A stretch of 56,057 nucleotides of DNA, filler included, from Diploschistes diacapsis (Eukaryota): the NCBI GenBank assembly GCA_023645945.1. It is 4 parts of 4 records of this genome, joined end to end, with 100 filler letters (N's around TTAATTAATTAA, not from the genome) between each part and the next. Parts side by side here need not be neighbours in the genome. Positions count along the whole stretch, not along the records: positions 28,134 to 42,074 come from JALAIB010000626.1; positions 42,175 to 56,057 come from JALAIB010000628.1; 2 more parts are not named here. One strand, 5' to 3'. The translations under genes were made by a program, and so were the position numbers. The notes beneath the pieces are model-generated. The model was not told the origin of the DNA and did no database searches. It worked only from the letters and a program-made list of their open reading frames with translations. Below are positions 37,001 to 50,585 of the stretch, piece by piece. Each line of letters opens with the position of its first letter. The first letter of the stretch is position 1.

Positions 37001-37351
37001 GAGCCCTAGGCCATGTTCGAGTCCATGCAGTGCACATTGGTCGAAGCTACATATGTAGATAGGAAGCCAATCAAGCCATTAAATTACGAAGAGCCTCCGC
37101 TAACCATAGACAATCACTATGTTACCTAAACAGTGCGTGCTTTGAGCCCACAGCAACTCCGATTTGAAAGCGATGCAAATTGAATGCGAAATAGCGGGGC
37201 GGATTGGCAGAACTGGCTGCCCCACGCTACAAGTGGATGAAGTTGTGCCCGACGTCAACGCTCCATCGATATTGAAATTACATTGTTCATCCTGATTCCG
37301 AGTAACTAACGATCGATCCATTTCATAGCAACATCTACGTCGAGTTCCAAA

Positions 37352-39158
<1,807 letters not shown>

Positions 39159-39589
39159 TGAGCCTATGACCTATGTTTGTGGATGAAAGGAATAATGATA
39201 ATATCCAACGGTTTGCCTTGAAAGAGGACACAAAACTTAGCTAGATCTTGAATGGAATCATGGAGACACTTGTGCATGCTCACATATCCTTAAGCCCTTG
39301 GGCATAGGGAACTCTTCAACTGTAGGCGCTATGCCTGTGAAAACTTTTTGCAAATGAAGTTCCATGTCGTAGTTGGTTGGCCTCATATTTCCGGTACACT
39401 CTCTCTGATTCGCGGAAAAACCTTCTTGATTGTGATCTATATCCCCTCCTCAGGAGAGAAAACTCGGACCGAGGAGATATCATGTCGGCCCGAGCACGTG
39501 GCACTTCACCGGGTTAGTGCAGCCCGATCGATGATCTACACAAGATACTGGCGGAAGAGACCCAGCAGCAACCTGGGCAGCAGACAGCC

Positions 39590-41277
39590 ATGGGCGTGAT
39601 ACGCAAGAAAAGCGGCACACGCGGAACTGAAGGGGGCTGCAAATACATTTGCGATGTTTGCTCAGCAGATATCACTTCGACGGTCAGTACTTGCATATTC
39701 ATCTCGCGCGGGGAGGACCGCATCATTAATCAGGACGCTTGCGCTTACCGACTTCTCGACAGGTGCGCATCCACTGCGCGGATCCGGAGTGTAACGACTA
39801 CGACCTGTGCGTTCCGTGCTTTGGCAAAGGGGCGTCATCTCGCGAGCATAAACCGGCTACACATGCCTTCTCAGTGATCGAACAACACTCCATACCCATC
39901 TACAACAAGGAATGGGGAGCGGACGAAGAGGCGCTCCTTCTAGAAGGTTCGGAGACGTATGGCTTGGGATCATGGGCTGATATCGCCGACCATATCGGCG
40001 GGATGCGGACCAAAGAAGAGGTGCGCGACCACTATGTGAAAACTTATGTCGAGTCCAAGAACTTCCCGCTTCCGGACCGTGCCGATCCTTTCGACCTCTC
40101 GCTCACGGAGGATATCTCACGCGAAGAGTTCCAAGCAACCAAGAAGAGGCGGATCGAAGAACGCAAAGAAGCACAGAAGAACGCGCCGCCCGCTGCACCT
40201 AAGCAGAAGCCGACCTCGTCTGTCCCATCATGCCATGAAGTGCAAGGTTACATGCCCGGACGCCTAGAATTCGAGGCTGAGCTCCACAACGAAGCGGAGG
40301 AGTTTGTTCAGCACATGCAATTCGAGCCTGGAGAAGGGGCCCTCAACCCTCGCACGGGAGCTGCCGAGCCGGAATTCGAGCTGAAGATGGCGACCATGGA
40401 CATCTACAACGGCAAACTCACCGAACGCGCCCAGCGCAAGAAGGCTATCTTCGAGCACAATCTTCTCGAGTACCGCAAGAACCAGAATCAGGAGAAGAAA
40501 AAGACCAAAGAAGAGCGCGAGCTCTTCAACAAGGCCAAGCCCTTCGCACGCTTGATGAACCACGAAGACTTCAAAGACTTCGTCGACGGCCTGGAATATG
40601 AGCAGCACCTTCGCCAAGCAATCGCCCAGCTGCACGACTGGCGCGCCCACGGCATCGGCGATCTCAAGACTGGCGAGAAGTACGAACAGGAAAAGGCGCA
40701 GCGGCTGGCGCGTCCACCGCCCATTGCAGCCTTTGACAGGATGCCCGGTGCCCGCCCACCAAAACAGCCAGTGACCAACGAGGTCCCGCAGGCGGTCAAG
40801 GATCTCCTCATACCAGAACTCCCGGAACGCCTCAAGGCTGCCATGCGTCCAGCTTCGGCCTTGGCGGCCGCCCTTCGGGACGGCGCGGCGAAGTCTGCGG
40901 CTCATACTCTCTCAACTCTTACTCCTTCATCTGCCGCACCGAACAAGAGCGACACCAATGGCATAAACGGCACCGCCCAGGTTTTGCCTCGCTCGCCCTA
41001 CACTCCTGCGCCCATCCCAGGCATCGTTCCGCTCAAGCTTACAAACAGCATGGCGGACCTGCAGCTGCTCACCAAGGAAGAGAGGGAGCTATGCTCGGTC
41101 GCGAGGCTCACCCCTAAAGCGTACATCGCCATCAAAGAGGCGATCCTCAAGGAGGCCGTCAGGCACTCCGGAGTCTTGAAGAGAAAGCAGGTCAGGGAGC
41201 TGCTTCGTCTCGAACCGACAAAGTCTCAACGCATCTGGGAATTGTTCGTCAGAGCTGGATGGATTGGGAAAGGTTAG
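39590..41277 (+). CDS. ADA2: SAGA/ADA transcriptional adaptor Ada2 (intron 39683-39762)
   Basis: ZZ zinc finger [16 protein letters not shown]...[12 protein letters not shown] domain [12 protein letters not shown]...[28 protein letters not shown]-terminal SWIRM domain. Confidence 0.95.
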
Positions 41278-41774
41278 GCTGTCGAGCAATGTCTTTTACC
41301 ATGGAGATGAATCATGAGCATGGCAGGTTAGGAGCTGGCGTTTGTTAAGGTTTTATTTGATACCCGGAACAATGGCTTGCATACCGGCTTGGTGTTTGGA
41401 GTGCCGCTACTGACTTGCCAGATAGCGATTGACATTTGACGGCGTACGAGCCGACGGATGGCATCTGGTTTGTGGCCAATGATGGCATCTTGCCCTTTTC
41501 TGAGCTCCTACTGGCAAGGTGTTGTCAGACTAAGCATGGATGGGGCGATGTAACATTCCTTCTTCCCTTTTTTCAGCTCACATGAGCTTGATGACATTCC
41601 ATCATCCTTAGATAGCTACTATTTTGTACAGCTAGACTCTTTCCCACAGACGAGTATTCACATTTCCAAAGCTAGTCGAATCGACCGAGATAGTAGCTTA
41701 TGCGAACAACCTATTCCTATTCTGAATCCAGAGTCGTGTGTGTGACTAAGTGTGTAAGACCCGCCACGTGGAAT

Positions 41775-42074
41775 GGGGGGCAGTTATTCTGACCGAAATA
41801 AACGCTATTACATAAGTAAATTATCGGAGTTGACACTTCCGATCTTTTTGAATTTTCTATGTCTTCCCACTACATCTCAATATACGTGCACGGTTTATTT
41901 GAAGCAAAGAATATCGAAGGTAACGGTGATTAGACTAAACTAATGATTCTGATTCGAATGGTGATATTTGTTTTAAAGGAGCGTGGGTGTAAAAAAACTT
42001 ATAATAAACATCACTTGAAAGACCCGCAAAAAGGGCGTAAAGGCTAATGGTAAAATATATATTTATTTCGGTCA
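41775..42074. mobile_element. Putative MITE-like element with terminal inverted repeats, right end cut by the contig end
   Basis: TGACCGAAATAAA (41790-41802) is the exact reverse complement of TTTATTTCGGTCA (42062-42074). The interior is AT-rich and non-coding, and the contig ends inside the right repeat. Confidence 0.5.
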
Positions 42075-42174
42075 NNNNNNNNNNNNNNNNNNNNNNNNNN
42101 NNNNNNNNNNNNNNNNNNTTAATTAATTAANNNNNNNNNNNNNNNNNNNNNNNNNNNNNNNNNNNNNNNNNNNN
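42075..42174. other. Artificial contig-joining spacer
   Basis: N-run/TTAATTAATTAA/N-run, 100 nt. Confidence 0.98.
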
Positions 42175-42601
42175 ATCCGTGTCCGTGTATATATTATAAT
42201 ATAATATCCGTGTTAATATCCGTGTCGAGATGATTTTTATTACGGTATCTATGTCCGTGTATTCGCCGAAACACTTTAAATACTTGTTTAATTTTAATAA
42301 TTCTAGAATTATCACGCTTATTTCTCACGTTTTTATTTTTTTAAAAAAATTTCATCGCGGTGTTTCGATGGACTCATCGCAGTATTTCGATGGATTCACG
42401 GAAATATAATATTTATATTACCATTAATGTTTTAAAAATTTTAATTATAATATTCATATCCGTGCTTTTATTATAGTATAGTATCCGTGTTAGTATCCGT
42501 GTTTTAAAACTTTAGCTGTAGTGTCCGTGTCAGTTTCCGTGTTTTGAAAATTTTTGCTGCAGTGTCCGTGTTAGTGACCGTGGCACGAAACGGCTAGCCT
42601 A
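42175..42601. mobile_element. AT-rich degenerate transposon end with arrays of (T)CCGTG(T) subterminal repeats (hAT/MITE-like)
   Basis: About 12 same-orientation CCGTG copies, a ~40-nt unit repeated about 2.5 times (42480-42583) and a 22-nt tandem duplication (42352-42397), in TpA-rich DNA at a contig start. Confidence 0.6.
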
Positions 42602-43433
42602 ATTTAGAAGGATAAAGAACATTCTAGATTAAATGATTATTAATTACATTAGCGTGAAATGTGCCTATAAAAGGCTTCTCATTCTCTAACTTTTATAGTT
42701 ATCACCTTCATCATCATCAATACAATCATTGAACAATGGTCAGCTAAGCAGGCTAGGCAGGCTAGGGATTATTTCCTAGTTAGGATTAGCTGCTGAATAT
42801 ATCTTAGTCATTTGTTTATTAGGAACTGCCCACCACTTTCAATAGAGAGTAATGAAAAGATTGATAAGATTATCGGCGCGCCATTTACCTGGTCTTAAAA
42901 ACGTAAAGCGGACGTTATAATCCCTATATAACTTGAAAACGAGTAACACTTTTTGGCTTCATTGACACAAGGCGCAAGGAAAATCTTAGTAGTGAAAGTA
43001 GTAGATTGCTAGCTAGTATATAGCCATGCCAAGCAGCGTCGCTCCAAGCGCTTGCCAAGCTCTAATGTCAGAACTCCTTAACAGCTAGCTACCTACAGGC
43101 TGCAGCCACTACATTCATTATATTCAAACGGGACCTCATACAGCGCTAAAACAATTAACAAGTTTAATATTACGGGCTGAAAAATGCTGCTATTGTATAA
43201 TCGAAAAAGAATGTAAAATGCTATCAAGTTTCAATACATCGAAAACGCTAGCCCAAAAAAGGCGAAAACTTGCCTCGTAAAACAACAGCTAGTCAAAATC
43301 CCGTCCACATAATAAAGACGCGTCTTCTTGACATCTACTTTTCCAGAACAATAAGTTGGACAGTCAACTTCCACTGCTTAAGGCTTCTGAAGAAGGAGCA
43401 ACTAGTCTATGATACAGACTGCCGGGCTCAACA

Positions 43434-46400
43434 ATGTCAACCCGTCCGGAACTAAAGGTCGATAACGCCCGATACACGAGAAAACTTCTGCTAACCATGC
43501 GGAGCTCGAAGATGAAGTGGGCTTCGTCCGCTTCTTCCGCAACCTTCCTGCAAAGGACAACGATACCGTTCGCATATTCGATAGAGGGGACTGGTACACA
43601 GCGCATGGCGAGGATGCCTCGTTCATCGCAAAGACCGTAGGTCCCCGTGGCAGCAATCTCCCTCCCTAAGGTAATAGCTCACAACAAGCGCCAGGTATAC
43701 AAAACCACGTCTGTACTACGGCAGCTGGGCAAAGCAGATAATGGCCTTCCCTCCGTCACCATGACCGTGACGGTCTTCCGGAACTTTCTACGGGAAGCGC
43801 TGTTCAGGCTGGGCAAGAGGATAGAGATCTGGGCCGCGGCGGGGCGGATGCAGTGGAAAATCACCAAGCAGGCGTCGCCGGGGAATCTGCAGGACGTTGA
43901 AGGCGATTTGGGAGGATATGTGGAGAGTGCGCCTCTCATTCTGGCGGTCAAAGTCACGGCGAAGGCGTCGGAGGCACGGAATGTTGGAGTCTGTTTCGTG
44001 GATGCCAGTGTACGAGAGCTGGGCGTGACCGAATTTCTGGACAACGACGTCTACTCGAATTTCGAGTCGCTGCTCATTCAGCTCGGCGTGAAGGAATGCA
44101 TCATCCAAGCCGATGCTCAGAGGAAAGATGTGGAGCTTTCGAAGCTCAGGACGATTGCAGACAACTGCGGCGTCGCGCTCGCCGAGAAACCGTCGGGTGA
44201 TTTTGGCAGTAAGGATATCGAGCAGGATCTGTCGCGACTGTTACAGGGGGATCAAGCCTTCGGTACGTTACCGCAGACCGACCTCAAGCTTGCTATGGGC
44301 TCGGCCGCCGCGTTGATCAAATACCTTGGCCTGCTGTCGGACCCATCAAACTTTGGAAACTATCAATTGTATCAGCATGACCTGTCGCAGTACATGAAGC
44401 TGGATGCCGCCGCTCTGAAAGCGCTCAATCTTATGCCTGGGCCGAGGGATGGCTCAAAGAACATGAGCTTATACGGGCTCCTCAATCACTGCAAGACGCC
44501 CGTTGGCGGTCGGTTGCTGGCACAGTGGCTCAAGCAGCCTCTCATGAATGTGGGAGAGATAGAAAGAAGACAGCAGCTTGTCGAAGCGCTCACCGAAGAC
44601 ACTCATTTGCGCCAAAGCATGCAAGAAGAGCACCTCCGTTCAATACCCGACCTGTACAGACTCGCCAAAAGATTTCAGAGGAAGCTAGCCAACCTCGAGG
44701 ACGTCGTGCGGGCCTACCAGGTCGTCATTCGACTTCCAGGCTTCATCGCCGCTCTCGAAGGCGTCATGGACGAAAAGTACAAAGACGCCCTCGACGCCGA
44801 ATACACGAACAAGCTCACCACCTATTCCAACAGCCTCGCCAATCTCCAAGAAATGGTCGAAACAACCGTCGACCTCGACGCGCTCGACAACCACGAGTTC
44901 ATCATCAAGCCCGAATTCGACGAATCTCTCCGCACCATCCGCAAACGGCTCGACAAGCTCAAGCACTCCATGGACGCCGAGCACCGGCGCGTCGGCGACG
45001 ACCTCGACCAGGACACGGAGAAGAAGCTCTTCCTCGAGAGCCACCGGGTGCACGGCTGGTGCTTCCGCCTGACCCGCGCGGAGGCGGCCTGCATCCGCAA
45101 CAAGAAGCAGTACCAAGAATGCTCGACCCAGAAGAACGGCGTCTACTTCACCACCGCGCACCTGTCATCCCTGCGCCGTGAGCACGACCAGCTCTCGGAG
45201 AACTACAACCGCACGCAGACCGGCCTCGTCGCCGAAGTCGTCTCCGTGGCGGCCTCGTACATCCCCGTGTTTGAAGCGCTCGCCGGCACCCTCGCGCACC
45301 TCGACGTCATCGTCTCCTTCGCGCACGTCTCCATGCACGCGCCGACGCCCTACGTCCGACCGACGATGCACCCGCGCGGCACGGGCGACACGATCCTGAC
45401 CGAGGCGCGGCACCCGTGCCTCGAGATGCAGGACGGCGTGCACTTCATTACGAACGACGTGCACCTCCGGCGATCCTCATCCTCCTTCCTACTCATCACG
45501 GGCCCCAACATGGGCGGCAAGAGCACCTACATCCGGCAGATCGGGGCGGTCGCGCTGCTGGCGCAGGTGGGCTGCTTCGTGCCGTGCGCCTCGGCCGAGC
45601 TGTGCATCTTTGACAGCATCCTGGCGCGCGTGGGCGCCAGCGACAGCCAGCTCAAGGGCGTCAGCACCTTCATGGCCGAGATGCTGGAGACGGCCAACAT
45701 CCTCAAGAGCGCGACGCGCGAGAGCCTCATCATCATCGACGAGCTGGGCCGCGGCACCAGCACCTACGACGGCTTCGGCCTCGCGTGGGCCATCAGCGAG
45801 CACATCGTGCGCGAGATCGGCGCGTGGGCTCTCTTCGCCACCCATTTCCACGAGCTCACCGCGCTGGCGGACAGGTATCCGGCCGTCGCGAACTTGCATG
45901 TCCAGGCGCACATCAGCGATTTCGGGCCCGTGGGTGGCGGCGGCGACGGCAGCAAGGGGCGGAAAGAAGGGGGGGACGTGGAGATGGCGGACGATGGTGA
46001 CGAGGAAGGGGAGGAGGAAGAGCAGCCGCCGAGGCGCAGGCGCGAGGTGACGCTGCTGTACAAGGTCTCGCCGGGCGTCTGCGACCAGAGCTTCGGCATC
46101 CACGTCGCGGAGCTGGTCCGGTTCCCGCCCAAGGTGGTCAGCATGGCGAAGCGCAAGGCCGAGGAGCTGGAGGACTTCTCGTCCGCGCGCGATGATGGCG
46201 CCGGGGCGGCTTCGGCCTCGTCCTCGTCGGTAGCGGGGGTGGGAATGGGAGCGGGTGCGGGAGAGAAGTACTCGCGCGCGGAGATCGAAGAGGGGAGCAG
46301 GTTGCTCAAGGACATGCTTAAGCGGTGGAAGGTGGAGACGGAGGGGAAGGAGATGAGCAGGGGGGAGCAGGCGGAGGTTATGCGCAGGATGGTGCGGGAG

Positions 46401-46454
46401 GATGAAATGCTGGGGCAGAATCGGTTCTTCCGGCGGCAGGTCAGGACGCTTTGA
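43434..46454 (+). CDS. MSH2: DNA mismatch repair protein MutS homolog 2 (introns 43458-43504, 43637-43694)
   Basis: [19 protein letters not shown]...[24 protein letters not shown]; Walker [52 protein letters not shown]. Confidence 0.96.
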
Positions 46455-48071
46455 GGGGTGGGGAAAGGTGGAGGTGGAGCATGAGAAGGAGGGTGATAGG
46501 GATAAGGGGGAGGAGGGAAGGGGAGGAAGGGAACAAGACCACCGTACTCCCAGGAGGAGAAAAAAGAACGGCGACGAGAGCAAGTGAGCATATCGTAGGA
46601 AGTCTGCATGTTTTGCATCTCAGCTTAGCACGGGCGCAGGAACCCATCGGCTTCCTCCCTCTTCCCTCTTCCCTCTTCCCTCTTTCCACGCTCAAGCAGG
46701 CGGGCGGGCATCCATACCATACGCGATGCGCTACACACAGCACAGCGCATCAAGGCCGCCAAAAGGCCGCTCAAGTGTAACAACAGTCGAAGATGCGGAA
46801 TCTTTTCAACACGAGAAGGGGGCTCTGTGCCTGCACACCGGGCAGGGGTGGAACCAAACATAACGGGAATAAAGTAGTTTCAAACATAAAATAAAACAAA
46901 ACAGTTAGCATACGAAGACATCCGGCTCCTCCTTCCGTGCAAGAGAGAGTCGAAGCAGCGCGTGTTCCCACGCCCGTTCCAGGAAGGGAAGGAAGGAAGG
47001 AAGGCGGAAAAGGGAGGAAGGGAGGAAGACGGCGCGGTCTTATTCGCAACGCGCGTATAGAAATTATGTATGCGTAGAAGTAATAATGGTAGCTTCCGCG
47101 AGGAGTTTATGTTGGTACATGCCCGCCTCTCTCTCGCGCCTCGATTGCGTACCTACCTACCTGCCTACATAACGAGAGAAAAGACCAGCTATCGCGTGCT
47201 GTACCAGCGCCCCGATGGGAATCGAAGCCCTTGTTGTCCTTGACCACATCACGCCGGGTAGGTGGATGGATGGAATGCAAATGGGGACATCACGCTCGCT
47301 GGTGTCCATGCGGGGGCCGCGGCAATAATGGCGCGCTGAAGATTAGATTTCTTCCATGCTTCAAGCTTTCCCTTCCGATGAACAGAGACTTCGTTCGCTA
47401 TCTGTCTACTGCGACGGCTCTACGCCTGCCTGCATTACTCTCGCGCACGCTTCCCTCAGGCTCCCTCCCCCTTCCCAATCCTTAGATACCACCAGATGCA
47501 CGGACCCCAGTTATCTTTCACTTCGACTCCGCTTCCAATAACCCACTGGCTCACGAACCATGAAGTTTTCCGCTTAGATCATCCCACAAACAAACAAACG
47601 GTCGAGCAAGCGAACCGAACTTTCGTCAAACAATCGGCTGGCAGAGAAACCACAGAACATAAAAAGGCAAATTAAAACCAAAGGTATCTAACAGCCATCC
47701 CGGCTGATTCCACAAGTACTCATAAGCAGGCACGTCAAAAAAAGGAAACGACGGGAAAGAGAGAAAGACTCCCTCCAGAATAGCCGTTGCGCCGTCATCA
47801 AGGGGGAATCAAAATGCCGTGATATTGTACATGATTAGGGGAAGATATGCTGAAGAACGTCATGTCGGGTCGTGGAAGAATTATTAACGGATGGGCGCGG
47901 AGTCGGGGCAGGTTGGGAGGGGGAGGGGGTGGAATAGAGCCTATCGACAATGGCCGACAGTTCGTTTGGAATTCATTGCTGTGAAAAGATATGGCGGAAA
48001 ACCTGATCGAGAGTAACGACGAGGGTAGAGGCTGACGGTAGGGGCAAGGGGTGTTGAAGAGGATGCCCCCT

Positions 48072-50585
48072 CTACCAACCCTTTTTCCGAGCAAAACGCT
48101 TGTTGAGAAGTGCGAGGAGCTTTGGAACGTTGAACTGGACGTATTCGAGATCTAGATCTTCTTGGTTGTCCTTTTGCATCTCGAGAAGGTCGTCGAGCTT
48201 CAGGTCGAGCTCGAGTAGGCCCCTATTGCGACCTTTTGTTTAGGTTAGCGCTGACGAACCCCCGACGAGAGAGTAGAGCAATCCAAGTTCTCACCTTTGT
48301 AGTGCAGGCTAATGACGAACGTTCCAGGCGTTGGACTTTGGAAGTGGAAGTAGATGTTCGCTCTCCTGTTGTCTGGCACGTTGCTCTTCTGGATGACCCC
48401 TTCCTTTTCCAACTGCTGGTGCGTGAACTTGTATGGTCCGAGAGCTTGATGCTTTTGCGTCTTTCGCTGCTTGCCCTCCGATTGGCCTCGCACGTTGTGC
48501 AGATACGATTTGTAGGTCTCGATTTGGCCGTTCAGATATGTATTATGGTCACGGATCGTTCGATATACTTCGTCGAGCTTCTGAGTCTCGACGATAACCT
48601 TCTCCTTCAGTGAGCCAAGGTGCACAAGCTCCTGCTCCACTTCATCTCGGAGCAAGCCGAACTGGTCGCTTTTGTCAATGACCCCGAACTCCTGAAGCTG
48701 AGTCAGGAGCTCCATGCATCGGATGCCTTTTCGCACCATGACGGCATCGTTCTTCAAGGTCGCAGCAGCTTCAGCGACTTTCTCGAGACGGAGGGGTCTT
48801 CGGCTAACCAGCGAGTTTCTGGGCAACGAACGTAGGATCTGGACAAAGGTTGCCTTGGCCTCCATAAAGTAAACTTCTTCCTCGGTAATATCCAGGGCCG
48901 CGGTAAAATCATCCAAAGCCGTCTCCCACTTGCTGAACAGTGGAAGCTGGATCTGGCGATTGTCCTTGCGAAGAAGTTGCGGGGGGGCTGGGCCGAGATC
49001 GTCTAGGATTTGCTTGAGGTGCGAATGCTCGTCCTTTGCAAGCGACTGACTGTGCTTGTCGAGCAACGAATGAGTGGCGTAGATCTCGTTCAGGGTTATC
49101 GACAGTTGCAGATCTTTCTTCGATAGGGCAACGTAGTTATCCATCTCAAGGCTTTCGTAAAAGTCTTGAACCTCGCAGAGGTCGAGCATGAATCTGTTTA
49201 CCCGATCCTTGTTCCTCTGGATGAAAGGCTGCAGGCTGGCCATGTAAGGTTCTTTCGCGTAGGAAGGCTTGTTGGCAAGGTTCTGCAACATCTTCGCAAT
49301 GAGCGTCAGGGTTCGACGGGGGTGTTCGGATGGCGTGCCCTCGACAAGCATGTATGACTTGGGCGTGACGATTGCAGGGTTGATGAAACGGAGGAAGAAG
49401 AATCCCCCGATAAGCGTACAAATCGTCTGATCGTGCGCGTCGGGGTACTTCCGCCTCGAAAGGCTTCGAATCTGCTTGCATATCCACCTGATGCCATATG
49501 GGGTCTGTTCCAACCCCGCAATGACTGTCTCTAAGAAGCTGCTCGCAATATCGTCCAGCATCTTCAGTCTCGGCGCTATCCTTTCCCTTACTTCTCTGCA
49601 TTCTGCAGCACGCTCTGCCGTTACGCCTCGTGGGAGGTGGCTGGGGGCCGACCCGGTTTTTCCTTCGTGCTCTTGGATGAGCTCTTCGTAAACCTTCAAA
49701 GGATTGATTTCTAGGTTTGTATCTTGCATCTCGATCAGCTTGTTGATCTTATCGCTCAGGATCTCTTTCAGGAAGGTCTGTCCTGGACCGCGGCGAGTGT
49801 AAGTCGTCATCATACGAGACACTGGTGTATTGGCCCGGAGGAGGGAAGAGTATTCGGTAGTGTGGTCGAATTGGTAGGTGAGAACCGACTGGAACATTGT
49901 CAGTAGCAGATGCTCTTCTCGGCTCTCGTACTGGTTCCCGTATATTGTGAACATGACCGTCTGCAGGAGAGAGTCTATCTCGGCCATTGTTACCAACCGG
50001 CATAGGTGAGCAATGTGCCGTGGCTCGGTCTGAAGCAAGAACATCAAGTTGCCATATTTCTGGGTCTGATCGTCGTTCGGAAAGACACCATCTTGGATCT
50101 CTGCCGTGTCTTCGAGATGGCTTGCCACCTCGGCCTGCTGTTGCCAATTAGCTCATCGGCTCGCCAAGCAATTACGATCAATACCTCTTCCATCGCCATG
50201 CGGTTCTGGATGAGCAACGCAATCCGTGAGTCGAGGAAGCGAACGTCCTTTTCGAGCACGAAGTTCTTCTTTGACTGGCTGGAGATCTTGGCCTTCAATT
50301 CCCGAAGAACCTTTTGGGCTGTTTCCTTCAGCAACTCCCTTCCTTGAGCTATCGGACACAGAACATACCCTTTGCCAAATCATCGTCAATCTCAAGTTCC
50401 TTGTCCTTGGCGGACATCGAAAGGTAAAGCGCAGTTACGGACATGCGCTTTGACTGCCGCATCGAGCGGTTGCCATCATGAGAAGACATGGTATTCTGCC
50501 GAGACACGGGAATCAAGGAAGAGGAGGAGGAAGTGGAAGTTCGCGATATTCGCGAAGGCTGCTGTAACATGGTTGCAATAGACAT
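48072..50585 (-). CDS. Ras GTPase-activating protein, Gap1/GapA type with RasGAP_C domain (introns 50319-50368, 50138-50184, 48233-48294)
   Basis: SLLRANT arginine-finger region; [29 protein letters not shown]. The last exon [18 protein letters not shown]...RKKGW ends at TAG 48072-48074. Confidence 0.93.

Noticed and set aside
39683..39762. Possible nested (stwintron) structure in the 80-nt ADA2 intron
   Set aside because: The internal CAG at 39733 directly abuts its putative branch point, and excision does not regenerate a donor. A single canonical intron explains the frame.
45489..46618. Long antisense ORFs (364 and 284 aa) opposite MSH2, and similar ones opposite DIS3, ADA2 and HEM1
   Set aside because: Expected shadows of GC-rich, codon-biased sense genes, with low-complexity translations.
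50135..50140. CAGCAG tandem acceptor in RasGAP intron 2
   Set aside because: Common NAGNAG giving at most one Gln difference, with no sign of function.
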